55,842 bases of DNA, taken from a virus (Duplodnaviria; Heunggongvirae; Uroviricota; Caudoviricetes). The stretch lies in the IMG/VR virus record IMGVR_UViG_2923350032_000003. The stretch is one strand, 5' to 3'. The position numbers were made by a program, and so were the translations under genes. The notes beneath the pieces were generated by a model that saw nothing but the letters and a program-made list of their open reading frames with translations, did not search any database and was not told the DNA's origin. Shown one piece after another: positions 54,607 through 55,842 of the stretch. Each line of letters begins with the position of its first letter. Within the stretch, counting starts at the first letter, position 1.

Positions 54607-55842
54607 ATGTCTAAATTACCAACAGGTGTCGAGATTAGAGGTAGATACATTCGCATCTGGTTCATGTTTCGAGGAAAACGATGTCGGGAAACATTAAAAG
54701 GCTGGGAGATTACAAACAGTAATATTAAAAAGGCCGGAAATTTAAGATCGCTGATAGTTCATGAAATAAACTCCGGTGAATTTGAGTATTTAAGACGTTT
54801 TCCCCAGTCCAGCACTGGGGCAAAAATGGTGACAACGAGAGTCATAAAAACGTTCGGAGAGCTTTGTGATATCTGGACAAAAATTAAAGAGACAGAGTTA
54901 ACAACAAACACAATGAAGAAAACGAAATCACAATTAAAAACACTCAGAATAATAATTTGTGAAAGTACCCCGATATCACATATTCGTTATAGCGATATCT
55001 TAAACTACCGGAATGAACTGCTGCATGGAGAAACTCTTTACCTGGATAATCCAAGATCCAACAAAAAAGGAAGAACCGTGCGCACAGTTGATAACTATAT
55101 CGCCCTGCTCTGTTCGCTGTTGCGTTTTGCGTATCAGTCGGGATTTATATCAACTAAACCATTTGAAGGAGTAAAAAAATTACAGCGAAACAGAATAAAG
55201 CCTGATCCGTTATCTAAAACAGAATTCAATGCATTAATGGAAAGTGAAAAAGGACAGAGCCAGAACTTGTGGAAATTTGCCGTTTACTCAGGACTTCGTC
55301 ACGGGGAACTGGCAGCTCTGGCGTGGGAGGATGTGGATCTCGAAAAGGGAATAGTGAATGTCAGAAGAAACCTGACGATACTTGATATGTTCGGTCCCCC
55401 AAAAACAAATGCCGGGATCCGAACAGTAACACTACTGCAGCCTGCTCTTGAAGCACTGAAGGAGCAATACAAACTGACCGGGCATCATCGCAAAAGCGAA
55501 ATCACCTTTTATCATCGGGAGTACGGCAGAACCGAAAAGCAAAAACTGCATTTTGTTTTCATGCCCAGGGTGTGTAACGGAAAACAAAAACCTTATTACT
55601 CGGTAAGCAGTTTGGGGGCAAGGTGGAATGCAGCAGTAAAACGTGCTGGTATTCGCCGCCGTAATCCGTACCATACGCGGCATACTTTTGCCTGCTGGCT
55701 GTTGACGGCAGGAGCGAACCCGGCATTTATAGCCAGCCAAATGGGGCATGAAACTGCGCAGATGGTGTATGAAATTTACGGTATGTGGATTGATGACATG
55801 AACGACGAACAGATAGCCATGTTGAATGCGCGGTTATCGTAG
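54607..55842 (+). CDS. intR: Tyrosine integrase IntR
   Basis: 411 aa; C-terminal catalytic region with R...HTRHT...Y motifs; ends at the window edge. Confidence 0.9.
   Translation: MSKLPTGVEIRGRYIRIWFMFRGKRCRETLKGWEITNSNIKKAGNLRSLIVHEINSGEFEYLRRFPQSSTGAKMVTTRVIKTFGELCDIWTKIKETELTTNTMKKTKSQLKTLRIIICESTPISHIRYSDILNYRNELLHGETLYLDNPRSNKKGRTVRTVDNYIALLCSLLRFAYQSGFISTKPFEGVKKLQRNRIKPDPLSKTEFNALMESEKGQSQNLWKFAVYSGLRHGELAALAWEDVDLEKGIVNVRRNLTILDMFGPPKTNAGIRTVTLLQPALEALKEQYKLTGHHRKSEITFYHREYGRTEKQKLHFVFMPRVCNGKQKPYYSVSSLGARWNAAVKRAGIRRRNPYHTRHTFACWLLTAGANPAFIASQMGHETAQMVYEIYGMWIDDMNDEQIAMLNARLS

Overview
The window is best read as one near-complete Rac-type lambdoid prophage of Escherichia coli/Shigella, carrying an internal block of host-like cargo genes and two IS3-family insertions. 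All calls come from reading the six-frame translations and the DNA by eye; no searches were run, and family names rest on recalled similarity. Layout, high to low coordinates: (1) Early region, 47.7-55.8 kb: intR, xisR, ydaC, ralR, recT, recE, racC, ydaE, kilR, ydaF, ydaG and racR on the + strand; sieB, ydaS-like, ydaT and a ydaU-like replication gene on the - strand. (2) Cargo block, about 36.9-45.3 kb: BCCT transporter, DUF2254 membrane protein, an MFS/ChaC-like/LysR operon and a yeaR-like gene with an NsrR-type operator. (3) Late region on the - strand: nin/Q-like genes, a terminator-rich gene-poor stretch, two TolA-domain-III-like lipoprotein genes, a phage-21-type lysis cassette, trkG, a ParB-like gene split by an IS911-like element, a GT-A-like gene, terminase, portal, head genes and lambda-like tail genes. 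(4) Left end: stfR, tfaR, pinR and a ynaE/ydfK-like ORF at position 1. The major tail gene V is split by IS629, so tail assembly is probably defective. The strongest candidate for something undescribed is the TolA-III-like lipoprotein pair placed as a moron between Q and the holin; the cargo block and the GT-A-like/ParB-like pair are the next most interesting. No CRISPR array, tRNA or rRNA was seen.
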